DNA of 64,000 nt from Gammaproteobacteria bacterium (GTDB lineage Bacteria; Pseudomonadota; Gammaproteobacteria; Enterobacterales; Kangiellaceae), in the NCBI GenBank assembly GCA_013373545.1, contig JABXHQ010000004.1, forward strand, positions 4,683 to 68,682, in the 5' to 3' direction. Below, in pieces: positions 19,744-28,400 of this stretch. The notes beneath the pieces were generated by a model, which searched no databases, was not told the DNA's origin, and saw only the letters and a list, made by a program, of their open reading frames with translations. Within the stretch, counting starts at the first letter, position 1; each line of letters begins with the position of its first letter. The translations under genes and the position numbers were made by a program.

Positions 19744-19842
19744 GTCGCACCTCTCAATAAAATGAATTGCTCGAATTAAACCGGTTGGTTTGGGGGCTCC
19801 GTCCCCGATCCGCCAACAAATTACTGCTGTTTCGGTTGCATA

Positions 19843-20025
19843 TTAGGTATCCATATCAGGAGGACATTCTGGGAAAGCTTTACATTCGGTCACACCCATT
19901 CCAGCACCATTATCAGTGGATACTTGTACCTGGACTTCAGCATCGGTTTGCGTGTCGTCACTGGTTACTGAGCCGTCACCGTTTAATAATCCTAAAAGAA
20001 TCAAGAAGATATTGATATTAGTCAT
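19843..20025 (-). CDS. 60-aa acidic peptide with a hydrophobic N-terminus and C-terminal C-x5-C motif
   Basis: GAGG RBS upstream of the ATG; own sigma70-like promoter; sequence MTNINIFLILLGLLNG...GAGMGVTECKAFPECPPDMDT. Confidence 0.65.
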   Translation of the reverse strand: MTNINIFLILLGLLNGDGSVTSDDTQTDAEVQVQVSTDNGAGMGVTECKAFPECPPDMDT

Positions 20026-20099
20026 GATATTTACCTCACTTATAAAAAAATTTTACTACTCGCAGCGCGGTTAATTTTTAATCGTTTTGTTGCTGCTGA

Positions 20100-20128
20100 G
20101 TTATAAGTTACGGCATTTGAGATGTGAA
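20100..20128 (-). promoter_or_regulatory. Sigma70-like promoter of the peptide gene
   Basis: Minus strand TTCACA (20128-20123) - 17 nt - TATAAC (20105-20100); each hexamer is one mismatch from consensus. Confidence 0.65.
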
Positions 20129-20195
20129 TGCTGTGAAAAGTAAGCGCAATTAATGTGAATAATCCAATAATTTGCTTACCGAGACAGCTAAATGA

Positions 20196-22325
20196 CTATT
20201 TTTTCGGCGCTTTAGGTGCCAGCAACAGCAAATCGACCTCACCCTCAAGGGTTTGTGTGCCGATATACCATTGACCATGGTTGGGAACGGAAATGCGAGA
20301 GCCATTCAAATCGCGATCAATCAATTGTATTTGTTGACTGTCATGCGCTAGAAAGTAAAGGGTATCGTTTTGAGTAAAGTAGAGCCCCTGATCGGTGGCG
20401 CTCCAGCGACCAGTTTTGTTTATCGACTGCTCCACCGGAAAAAAGACTTTTTCGGCTTCCGGATCTTGCGGGACCCGCCAAAATCCATTGATCTTAAAGT
20501 TAGCCACGTAGGTTAACTCAGTACCCGGCGCTTCGAGCACGATAAAAGCATCATTCGGCAGTTTGGGCACTTCGTCATATTCGCCGTTGATTCCAATAAC
20601 GGTTTGCTCCCATTGCTCCATATGCTTAACCGCAACGAAAGCACTGGTACTATCACGGCGCCATTGAAAGTTTTTATAATAGCGATTCTGATCACCCCAG
20701 ATAATTTCATTACTTTCATTATCAATAATGAACCATCGACCACTGGCCGTGCCTCCCAAAAACTGCGAATTAGGAGAAAAGCTTAAATCGGTAAACTTAA
20801 GATTATTTTTTAAATAGGTAAGTTGCCGTGAATGCCCTTGTTCGTCACGGATCCAAACTTGATAGACCCCGGAGCGATTACTCACCCAAGCCAACTGCAT
20901 GCCATCCATGGAGACCGCGGGTAAAAAGTCTTGATAAGAAGAGCTTTCGACTTTCTCAACTTTCTCTTGTGACAGGTAGTGTTGCAAGAGGTCGCTCTTA
21001 AAATAACTACCTGAGGCATACACTAGACTGCCATCTTTAAGGACCATTGGCGCCAGAATAGGAGTCTCGGCGCGGGTTAAAATACTAATAAAACCGCGAG
21101 TTACATCGTATTCAAGGATCTCATTGGAGTCATTCTTAAAAATTATTTTTTCGTTACCAAACCACTCAACGGTATGTAATACCGAATCTACGGTTTCAAT
21201 CAGCTGGGTTTCCCACGTGCGCGTGTCGTAAAGCCATACCTCGGTTTGAGACCAGTTTTTGTTCCGCAGCACCGCCAAAGAAAGTCCATCTTGGCTAACA
21301 GAGAAGTAATAATCCCCTTTACCACTTGGGGGCGGCGAAGCGATTGGCCAGCTCTCTCCGCTACTGAAAGAGTGAGAATAAATAATAAACGGTTCGTTCA
21401 CCGATTTCGCACGGTTAAAATACATTCCTTGCTCATCGTTCCACAGGTGTCCTTGAGCCGTTTGTGAAAAAGTATTACAAGCCACCAATTGACGCTCATC
21501 GACGACCGCACGTTTAACCGCATCAAAACTGGCTATATAAAAGTGACAAGCCTGATCTTCAAAACGTGAAAAAATAAATTTGTTTTTTGCTGTCCAGCGC
21601 GGCAGCCTTTCGTAGCGATCCCCTTGACTTAATTTAATTAAATCTCCGGTTTTCATATCACGCACATAGACTTGCCAAAAAACCTGACCTTCTGGCTTAT
21701 GATTGAATAACATCCAGCGTTGATCCGCTGAAATTGAGGGGTAATTTTCGATCCCTTTAAAATGGCTTAAGGGCATTGCGGTTTCATATTCTTGTTGCAT
21801 GACTGCGCCACGCATAGATTCACGAAACCCATCGAACCAATACCAACCAAACAAAAAAACCGACACACTGGCGGCAATAAAGGCACCAAGTGCCCAAAAG
21901 TATTTGTCTTTAATTGGCAGTCCGGCAATGATGTCATCGTCGAGAAATTGCACCGGAGCGATCAACCGATAGCCGTGTCCCAGTTTATTCTCGATGTACT
22001 TTTTCTCTTTATCAGTATCATCGAACAGTTTACGCAAAACGGTAACTTGCTTGCGCGTAGATGAATCATCTTTATATTGATTGCCGTAAATAAACTTATG
22101 AATATCATTTAATGAAACATAAGAGTTGGAGTTTTCTAACAGCAATAACAATAGTCGAATGGAGTTGGGAGTGATGTTACGAACTTCGCCGCTCTCAGTG
22201 GTCACGGTCTTTTCATTAAAATCGATGACGCAATCGCCGATCTGGATCGGATGAGCGCTCCAGTCATCGAACAAATCGTGTTCTTGCTTGCTTTCTGTTT
22301 GTGAAGAAGGCAACTCTGTCATCAA
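20196..22325 (-). CDS. Membrane-anchored one-component regulator: OmpR/CadC-type winged-helix, single TM helix, periplasmic TolB-like beta-propeller (PD40-like repeats)
   Basis: wHTH 'STRKQVTVLRKLF...YIENKLGHGYRL'; TM 'YFWALGAFIAASVSVFLFGWYWF'; repeats 'YPSISADQRWMLF', 'FSVSQDGLSLAV', 'PAVSMDGMQLAWVSNRSG', 'LSFSPNSQFL'. Confidence 0.88.
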   Translation of the reverse strand: MMTELPSSQTESKQEHDLFDDWSAHPIQIGDCVIDFNEKTVTTESGEVRNITPNSIRLLLLLLENSNSYVSLNDIHKFIYGNQYKDDSSTRKQVTVLRKLFDDTDKEKKYIENKLGHGYRLIAPVQFLDDDIIAGLPIKDKYFWALGAFIAASVSVFLFGWYWFDGFRESMRGAVMQQEYETAMPLSHFKGIENYPSISADQRWMLFNHKPEGQVFWQVYVRDMKTGDLIKLSQGDRYERLPRWTAKNKFIFSRFEDQACHFYIASFDAVKRAVVDERQLVACNTFSQTAQGHLWNDEQGMYFNRAKSVNEPFIIYSHSFSSGESWPIASPPPSGKGDYYFSVSQDGLSLAVLRNKNWSQTEVWLYDTRTWETQLIETVDSVLHTVEWFGNEKIIFKNDSNEILEYDVTRGFISILTRAETPILAPMVLKDGSLVYASGSYFKSDLLQHYLSQEKVEKVESSSYQDFLPAVSMDGMQLAWVSNRSGVYQVWIRDEQGHSRQLTYLKNNLKFTDLSFSPNSQFLGGTASGRWFIIDNESNEIIWGDQNRYYKNFQWRRDSTSAFVAVKHMEQWEQTVIGINGEYDEVPKLPNDAFIVLEAPGTELTYVANFKINGFWRVPQDPEAEKVFFPVEQSINKTGRWSATDQGLYFTQNDTLYFLAHDSQQIQLIDRDLNGSRISVPNHGQWYIGTQTLEGEVDLLLLAPKAPKK

Positions 22326-22545
22326 TAGAATTCTCAGTTGGGGCCTAAATTGGCTACCAAATATGCAAATATTATTTTAATTATCAAAGAGATACACCAC
22401 TAGCGATGATTCTAGCATTGTTGCGCAGCGGAATTAACAGTAATTTTTAAGATTAAATCATTTATAAAGATTATACGAGAAGAAAAGCGACAGAGCGCAT
22501 AGAACTGATGTGAATATTCAACATCAAATATCTCAGGTGCGAGAT

Positions 22546-22830
22546 TTACGCAAATTCCTCGAGCATTAATAGCCACATTAGAAAAGTCATGACCACTAAG
22601 CCAATCACCGACCACGTCAAAGGCGTTGACATCTCCCCGAGAAAAGTTAACGAAGGCGCCCACTGTACCAGTGCGCTGACACCGAGTATTGCGCACACTA
22701 ATGCCGCCACGCCACACAAGGTTAGTATCCAGTAACGGCGCTTTAATTGTACATTAAGGCGCTGATTGAACGCGTCAATAAAGCCGCGATCAGACAAGGT
22801 TTGGTGATAAGCCAGTAATTTTTCTAGCAT
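22546..22830 (-). CDS. Small two-TM membrane protein, putative anti-sigma factor
   Basis: GGAGG RBS before ATG 22830; charged N-terminus and two hydrophobic helices; directly downstream of the ECF sigma. Confidence 0.6.
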   Translation of the reverse strand: MLEKLLAYHQTLSDRGFIDAFNQRLNVQLKRRYWILTLCGVAALVCAILGVSALVQWAPSLTFLGEMSTPLTWSVIGLVVMTFLMWLLMLEEFA

Positions 22831-22849
22831 CCTATTTTCCTCCAATCGA

Positions 22850-23407
22850 TTAAGCCACAGCTTCAGCATCTATAATTTGATGCAGTTTGCGTTTCGCCCG
22901 CGCAATGTGTGACTTTACCGTACCTAACGGCATTCCCGTCACTTCGGTAATTTCGCCATGGCTCATACCTTCACTACAATTTAACGTCAGGGTTAGCCGT
23001 TCTTCAACCGATAAATGGCTCATCAATTTCTCGGCCAAAATATCGGCTTCAACAGCATCTCGAGACTCTAATTGTTGCCAGCTAATATCACAGGGCGTTT
23101 CGTACTTTTCTGCACCAGTTGTAACCACTCGAATAAAGCGGTTGTATGCCAAACGCCTCAACCAACCGGCAAAACTACCGGTTCCTTTAAATTGCGCTAG
23201 GTTCTGATAAGCCAGCATGAAACTATCTTGCGCCACATCATCAGCTAAGGCGTAATCACCCGCTGATATACGGCGCAAAAACTGCCGAAGTGCTGACTGA
23301 TGATGAGCAACCAGCTGAGAAAAAGCCGATTGCTCACCGTTTAGTGCTCTTGCGATCAAGAGACGATCTCGTTCCATGCGCCAACCTATTGGTCGTGTTT
23401 CAATCAT
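22850..23407 (-). CDS. ECF (group 4) RNA polymerase sigma-70 factor
   Basis: Region 2 'ADDVAQDSFMLAY..L.QFKG..SFAGWLRRLAYN'; region 4 'GMSHGEITEVTGMPLGTVKSHIARAK'. ATG overlaps the upstream stop codon. Confidence 0.92.
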   Translation of the reverse strand: MIETRPIGWRMERDRLLIARALNGEQSAFSQLVAHHQSALRQFLRRISAGDYALADDVAQDSFMLAYQNLAQFKGTGSFAGWLRRLAYNRFIRVVTTGAEKYETPCDISWQQLESRDAVEADILAEKLMSHLSVEERLTLTLNCSEGMSHGEITEVTGMPLGTVKSHIARAKRKLHQIIDAEAVA

Positions 23408-23765
23408 TATAGCGATTTAATTTCCAAACCAATAGGAATCCAATGCCAACAAACATTGGAAACAAGGACAGCATCATAAACACTACTCGAGCGTCTGGCT
23501 CATCCATAATTAAGCCCGCACAAAAACCGGCTAACCCAATGGCCGTTGCGACTACGCCACGGCGAAGATCTTTAACTCTTGGCGAATGAGTTCCCGCCAA
23601 CTTTTCTAATAGCTCAGGGGTTAGGGATTGTCCTTGATCGATGGAATGCCTGATCGTCTGTTGAATACCTTCTTTATTCTTCTTTGAGTAATAGAAAAAG
23701 GTTATCAACACAGCCGCGATGGCCAAAAACATTGTAATAGGAATAAAAATTTCAACGGAATTCAT
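23400..23765 (-). CDS. DUF6249-like membrane protein
   Basis: 'IFIPITMF', 'TIRHSIDQGQSLTPELL', 'DLRRGVV..AIGLA', 'PMFVGIGFLL'. Confidence 0.7.
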   Translation of the reverse strand: MNSVEIFIPITMFLAIAAVLITFFYYSKKNKEGIQQTIRHSIDQGQSLTPELLEKLAGTHSPRVKDLRRGVVATAIGLAGFCAGLIMDEPDARVVFMMLSLFPMFVGIGFLLVWKLNRYND

Positions 23766-23836
23766 AGTAAGTCCTCATCCAAAAGTGATTCTATTTAAAT
23801 AGAGACACTGCGCCGATGATTTAGATGAGATAAACT

Positions 23837-23874
23837 AAAAAAAACCCGCAGGAGGAGAGCTCAACGCTGCGGGT
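23837..23874 (-). terminator. Intrinsic terminator
   Basis: Minus strand ACCCGCAG / CTGCGGGT 8-bp stem followed by a U run (A8 at 23837-23844 on the plus strand, first base shared with the stem). Confidence 0.8.
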
Positions 23875-24042
23875 GGAAAGATGAGCGAATGATTAGGGCG
23901 CAGGCGCAATCGTCCAAATCGGCCAAAAGGCAATTAATGCACTGTTCCGGCAACGGAACGGTTGTGGCCTTTCGACCAGGGAACCGACGAGGACGCCATA
24001 GTCGCTCAAAACTCAGGGTTGAGTCTGGAGTCTCATCCCTAA
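23837..24042 (-). ncRNA. Candidate free-standing structured non-coding RNA (family not recognised)
   Basis: Bounded by a sigma70-like promoter (TTGTGC-N18-TAGTAT) and a strong terminator; several nested helices, a GAAA tetraloop hairpin, 5'/3' end complementarity; no convincing ORF. Confidence 0.55.
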
Positions 24043-24109
24043 GAAACATACTACTACAACAAACACTACTTGCACAAGTAGCTTTTCAAGTATTTACATT
24101 AGGAATGTT

Positions 24110-24613
24110 ATGAGTCACACACTGAACATTGCCAAGGCCACGTCAGATAACCAGCTGAAAGCGATCGAAGCCTTGGCAGAGACTATCTGGGCGGAACATT
24201 ACACACCTATAATTGGCGCTGCACAGGTGTCTTACATGTTAGAAAAATTCCAAAGTTACCCCGCTATGAAGCATCAAATTGAGCAAGAGAATACGCTATA
24301 TTTCCAGTTGCACGCCCTCTCGGAGTTGGTTGGGTATTTCGCAGTTAAGCCAACGGCAGAGCATCTGTTTCTCAGTAAACTTTACCTGGCAAGCAATGCG
24401 CGAGGACAGGGTTTTGCTAAACAAGCCCTCGACTTCATCAAGCGCTTGGCTAACGAGCATGGATTATCCACAATAGTGTTAACCGTTAACAAATATAACC
24501 ACCTTGCCATCAATGCGTATCAAGCTCTTGGCTTTGAAAATGTAGCCGAAGTAGTAGCCGACATTGGCAACGGTTATATCATGGATGATTTCCGCTTAGA
24601 GCTACACTGCTAA
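24110..24613 (+). CDS. GNAT family N-acetyltransferase
   Basis: 'LSKLYLASNARGQGFA', 'LTVNKYN..AI.AYQALGF', 'IGNGYIMDD'. Confidence 0.88.
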   Translation: MSHTLNIAKATSDNQLKAIEALAETIWAEHYTPIIGAAQVSYMLEKFQSYPAMKHQIEQENTLYFQLHALSELVGYFAVKPTAEHLFLSKLYLASNARGQGFAKQALDFIKRLANEHGLSTIVLTVNKYNHLAINAYQALGFENVAEVVADIGNGYIMDDFRLELHC

Positions 24614-24691
24614 GTAAATACATCAAAGCCTGTTATTTCGGCTACACTTACTCAATTAGCCCATCAAATAAATAATATTGGCAGAGTATCG

Positions 24692-25489
24692 ATGAAGTCG
24701 TTCAACATTCTGGTTATAGATGATGCCAGCATGATCAGGGATTTGATTAAGAAGTTTGTGCGGGATTATTTTCCTGGCGCCAAGTTGTTCGACGCTCACA
24801 ATGGACAGTCAGGCAAGTCGGTTTTACTGCACCAAGAAATCGACCTCATTTTATGTGACTGGGAGATGCCTGAAATGAATGGCATGGAACTGTTACAATG
24901 GATCCGCCAAGAAGAGCGTTACAAAAACAAGCCCTTTATTATGGTAACCAGCCGTGGCGACAAGGAGTTTGTTGTCGAAGCTATCGAAGCCGGCGTTAGT
25001 GATTATTTAGTCAAGCCGTTTAATCGGCAACAGTTCGCTGAGAAGGTCGAGCGGGCACTAAAGCGTCATGGCATCGTTGGCCGTATGGCACAACCGAAAC
25101 AAGCCGCTTCTTCATCATTAGAAGTTTTAACCGGAAGTAAATCGCCTGCTAAAGCTAAAGCATCCGCCCCACTACCAAAAGGTGTTGCGTTAGTGCGTAC
25201 ATCCAGCGGACATGTAAAGTGTGCTGTGAAGAATCTTACCAAAACAAGTTGCATCGGCATATTTAAGAATGATGGTTACATTCCTGAAATTTTGGAACAA
25301 GTTGCGGTTGATATTGAATTTAAACAGCAAGGAGAATCGAAAGTTATGCGCATCAATGGTTTTATACTCGGTATTCAGGCCGCAGAAAACAAACCCGATG
25401 CACAACTCTTTCAATTAACCCTCACCCTAATGGATGAGGATCCTGAGAAGCACCGACTTATTGAAGAATATGTGGCACAGTTTAATTAG
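24692..25489 (+). CDS. Response regulator (REC) with a C-terminal degenerate PilZ-like domain
   Basis: 'ILVIDD', phospho-acceptor 'LILCDWEMP', 'MVTS', 'YLVKPF'; C-terminal beta-rich domain. Confidence 0.8.
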   Translation: MKSFNILVIDDASMIRDLIKKFVRDYFPGAKLFDAHNGQSGKSVLLHQEIDLILCDWEMPEMNGMELLQWIRQEERYKNKPFIMVTSRGDKEFVVEAIEAGVSDYLVKPFNRQQFAEKVERALKRHGIVGRMAQPKQAASSSLEVLTGSKSPAKAKASAPLPKGVALVRTSSGHVKCAVKNLTKTSCIGIFKNDGYIPEILEQVAVDIEFKQQGESKVMRINGFILGIQAAENKPDAQLFQLTLTLMDEDPEKHRLIEEYVAQFN

Positions 25490-28400
25490 TTTTTTTTAAC
25501 CTTATCCACTGCTCTGCTCGCTCACTTGCCTGACGACATAGATTTTGCCAGCCGGCTCTTAAATTATCTAAACCAATATAAATTGACGGTAAGATCAAAA
25601 GACTCACAATCGTTGAAAATGCCAAACCACCAATTACTGCTCGCGCCATCGGATAGTAGGAAGGAGAATTTGCTCCCCCGCCTATAGTTGTGTCTCCCAT
25701 ACTCAGCGGGATTAATCCTAAGATAGTTGTGGCAACGGTCATTAATATTGGCCGCAACCTATCACGTCCACCTTGAATTATCGCTTGCTCGCGAGAGTAA
25801 CCTTGCTTGCGTAAATGATTAATATGATCGATTAAAACAATTCCATTATTTACCACCACGCCCATCAATACCAAAATCCCGATAAACGCCATGATCGACA
25901 ATTGCGTTCCGGTAATGAAGAAAAACCAATATACTCCGACCACGGCATAAATAATCGATGAAATAACCGCTAACGGAAATAACAGTGATTCGAACAAAGC
26001 AGCCATCACAACAAAAATCATCATGACAGCAAGCAACATATTGAATACCATAATGTTATCGTTTTGTGCTTCTTGATCGAACGCTCGCCCCAAGGTCCAT
26101 TGATAACCATCTGGCAGAGCGAGTGACTTCATCACTTTTTCAATTTCCTTCTTCGCTTCATCAAGCGTAAAGCCATCATCGAGAGAAGCGACCACACCAA
26201 TACTGGTACGACGGTCCATTCTTCTAATCGAGTTTGCAGCTTGCTTTACTTCAAAACGTGCAACAGCGGATAGTGGAATTTGTTCACCATTGGGCAAAGG
26301 TAGCTGTAAAAACTTCAAGTCACTAACACTGCGTTCATATTGGTCACCATACTCAAGCATTACTTCGATTTCATTGTCTTTCCCGCGGAATGATCGTAAC
26401 GGTTGACCACGCATTGCTACGGCAATCAAGTTTGCAATTCTCGCTGGATCCATACCAATATTCTGGGCTTTTATGCGATCAACGATAATACGGAATTCGC
26501 GGTCTTTTGATGCGGCTTCGGAGCGTGCTTCGACAACACCATCTATTGAGCGAATCAATCGCTCAACATCCTCGCTCAAGCCTCGCAACACTTCGGTCGA
26601 CTCTCCAGAAACAAATACTTTGATTGCTTCTTGTTGCCCGCGATTGCGATCGAAACTTGGCCGCCCAATCGCTAACTCGGGCATATTTTCTTCAATAAAC
26701 TTTCGAATTTCCGTTACGCTACGCGTAACTTTATCGCCTTCAGTCAATAAAATGGTCGACTCCGCTCGGTTGTTATTATAAAAACTGTAAACCGATTCGA
26801 TATTCAGAAACTCTTTGTTGTCATATAAAAAGGCTTCCATTTTATCGACTTCTTTTTCAATCCGTTCGATACTGTATTGACTATCAATATTATAAGGAAG
26901 AAATAAACGGCGTTTGGTGTCATCTGAAAAATTATCTTTTTTAACAAAAACTGCAGGTATAGCAATGCTAACCAATGTTAACAAGGCAATAAAAGTAGCC
27001 CAGTAAGGCCGCGCTATCATCCAACGTAGACAACCTTCATAACGATCAGTCAAACGATTAATAATTGGACTGGCAGATTGCTTACTACTGATATTCAGCT
27101 TAATTAATAATAACGGTATAATGGTTAACGCAATAAATAATGATGCAGCTAATGCAATTACAATTGTTATTGCTACATGACTAAGAAAAATCGTAAAACT
27201 TACCTTCTCACCAATAATATTAGGTAAAAATACAATTGCCGTTGTTAAAGTACCAGCAAAGACTGCCACACCGACCTCTTTAACTCCATGAATAACTGCC
27301 TTGCGATTATCATCAGGATATTGGGCTTGATAGCGAAAAATACTTTCGGTTACCACCACAGCATTGTCGACCAGCATACCAATTGCCAGCATAAGCCCCA
27401 TCATCGAAAGTATGTTCAGCGATACTCCAAGAAAGAACATAGATGCCAAAGTAATGGCCAATGCAAACGGAACCGCTAACGCCACAATTAACGTTGTTGC
27501 AATATCACGCAGAAATAAATACAAAACGATAATCGAAAAGACAAATCCAATAAGACCGGAAAAGCTAATATCCTTTAACGACTGGGTAATACCGTCTGCT
27601 TGATTATCCATAACGAATAATTTAATCCCTTGAAAAGCGGGATCATTCTCAGCATTCTCGATGGCTTTAAGTACATTGCTGGCAACTTCTACCATATTTG
27701 CACTCGATTGGCGCAATATATCTAAACCGATGGCATAATCCTGATCAAGGTGGCGTCCTTCTTGTCGCTCTGGTTGTTGTAGCGTTATGGAAGCTATATC
27801 TTTTAATTTTACGCCTTGCTGATTTAGTATGATTTCTTCAAATGATTTCAAATCGGTGAACTCACCGAAAGGCTTTACCCGAAAGCGAGAGTTTGCGGCA
27901 GTAATTTCGCCGGCACTCACATTAAAATTTTCTTCACGCAGGCGCTGAGTTAATTGTTCCAAGTCAATTTTATGTGCAGCAACTCGCTCAGCATCCAATT
28001 GAATACGGACTTGTCGCTTATCAACACCATATAAGGTAACTTTTGAAACCCCATCAATTCGTTCGATGGGACGCTTTAATTTTCGGTCAAGTAAATCGTA
28101 AGCGTTTGATAAGTCTCTTTCGGATGACACACGGAGTGTCATCATCGGTTGATTATCGGTTGTAAAACTGACAATAAAAAATCGCTGCAAATCATCGGGA
28201 AGCTGATCACGAATCGCATCAATTTTTTCGCGCGCTTCAACACTCTTCAACCGAGGGTTTTCTGACCATGCGAACTGCATAAAGATCTCAACTCGATTGT
28301 CAGATGTCGTCGAGTTAATCATTCTAAGCGCGCTCATTGTCGATAGAACTTCCTCGACTGGACGAGTTATAACTTCTTCGACTTGTTCCGCAGACGAATT

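Noticed and set aside
19843-20025. Peptide as a classical RiPP precursor
   Set aside because: There is no radical SAM, YcaO, lanthionine synthetase, peptidase-ABC exporter or other maturase in the neighbourhood.
23837-24046. Resemblance of the candidate RNA to 6S RNA (TTTCT..GATG..CCCTGAG at the 5' end; GCCTGCG near the 3' end)
   Set aside because: The partner strand for CCCTGAG (TTCAAGGG) is missing, the apex is branched, and the zapA/ygfA context is absent. A cmscan would settle it.
23861-24113. ORFs 23861-24049(-) and 23889-24113(+) across the candidate ncRNA
   Set aside because: No RBS or recognisable domain and no hydrophobic type I toxin character. The minus ORF begins at the predicted -10/TSS. 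The base-pairing pattern explains the region better.
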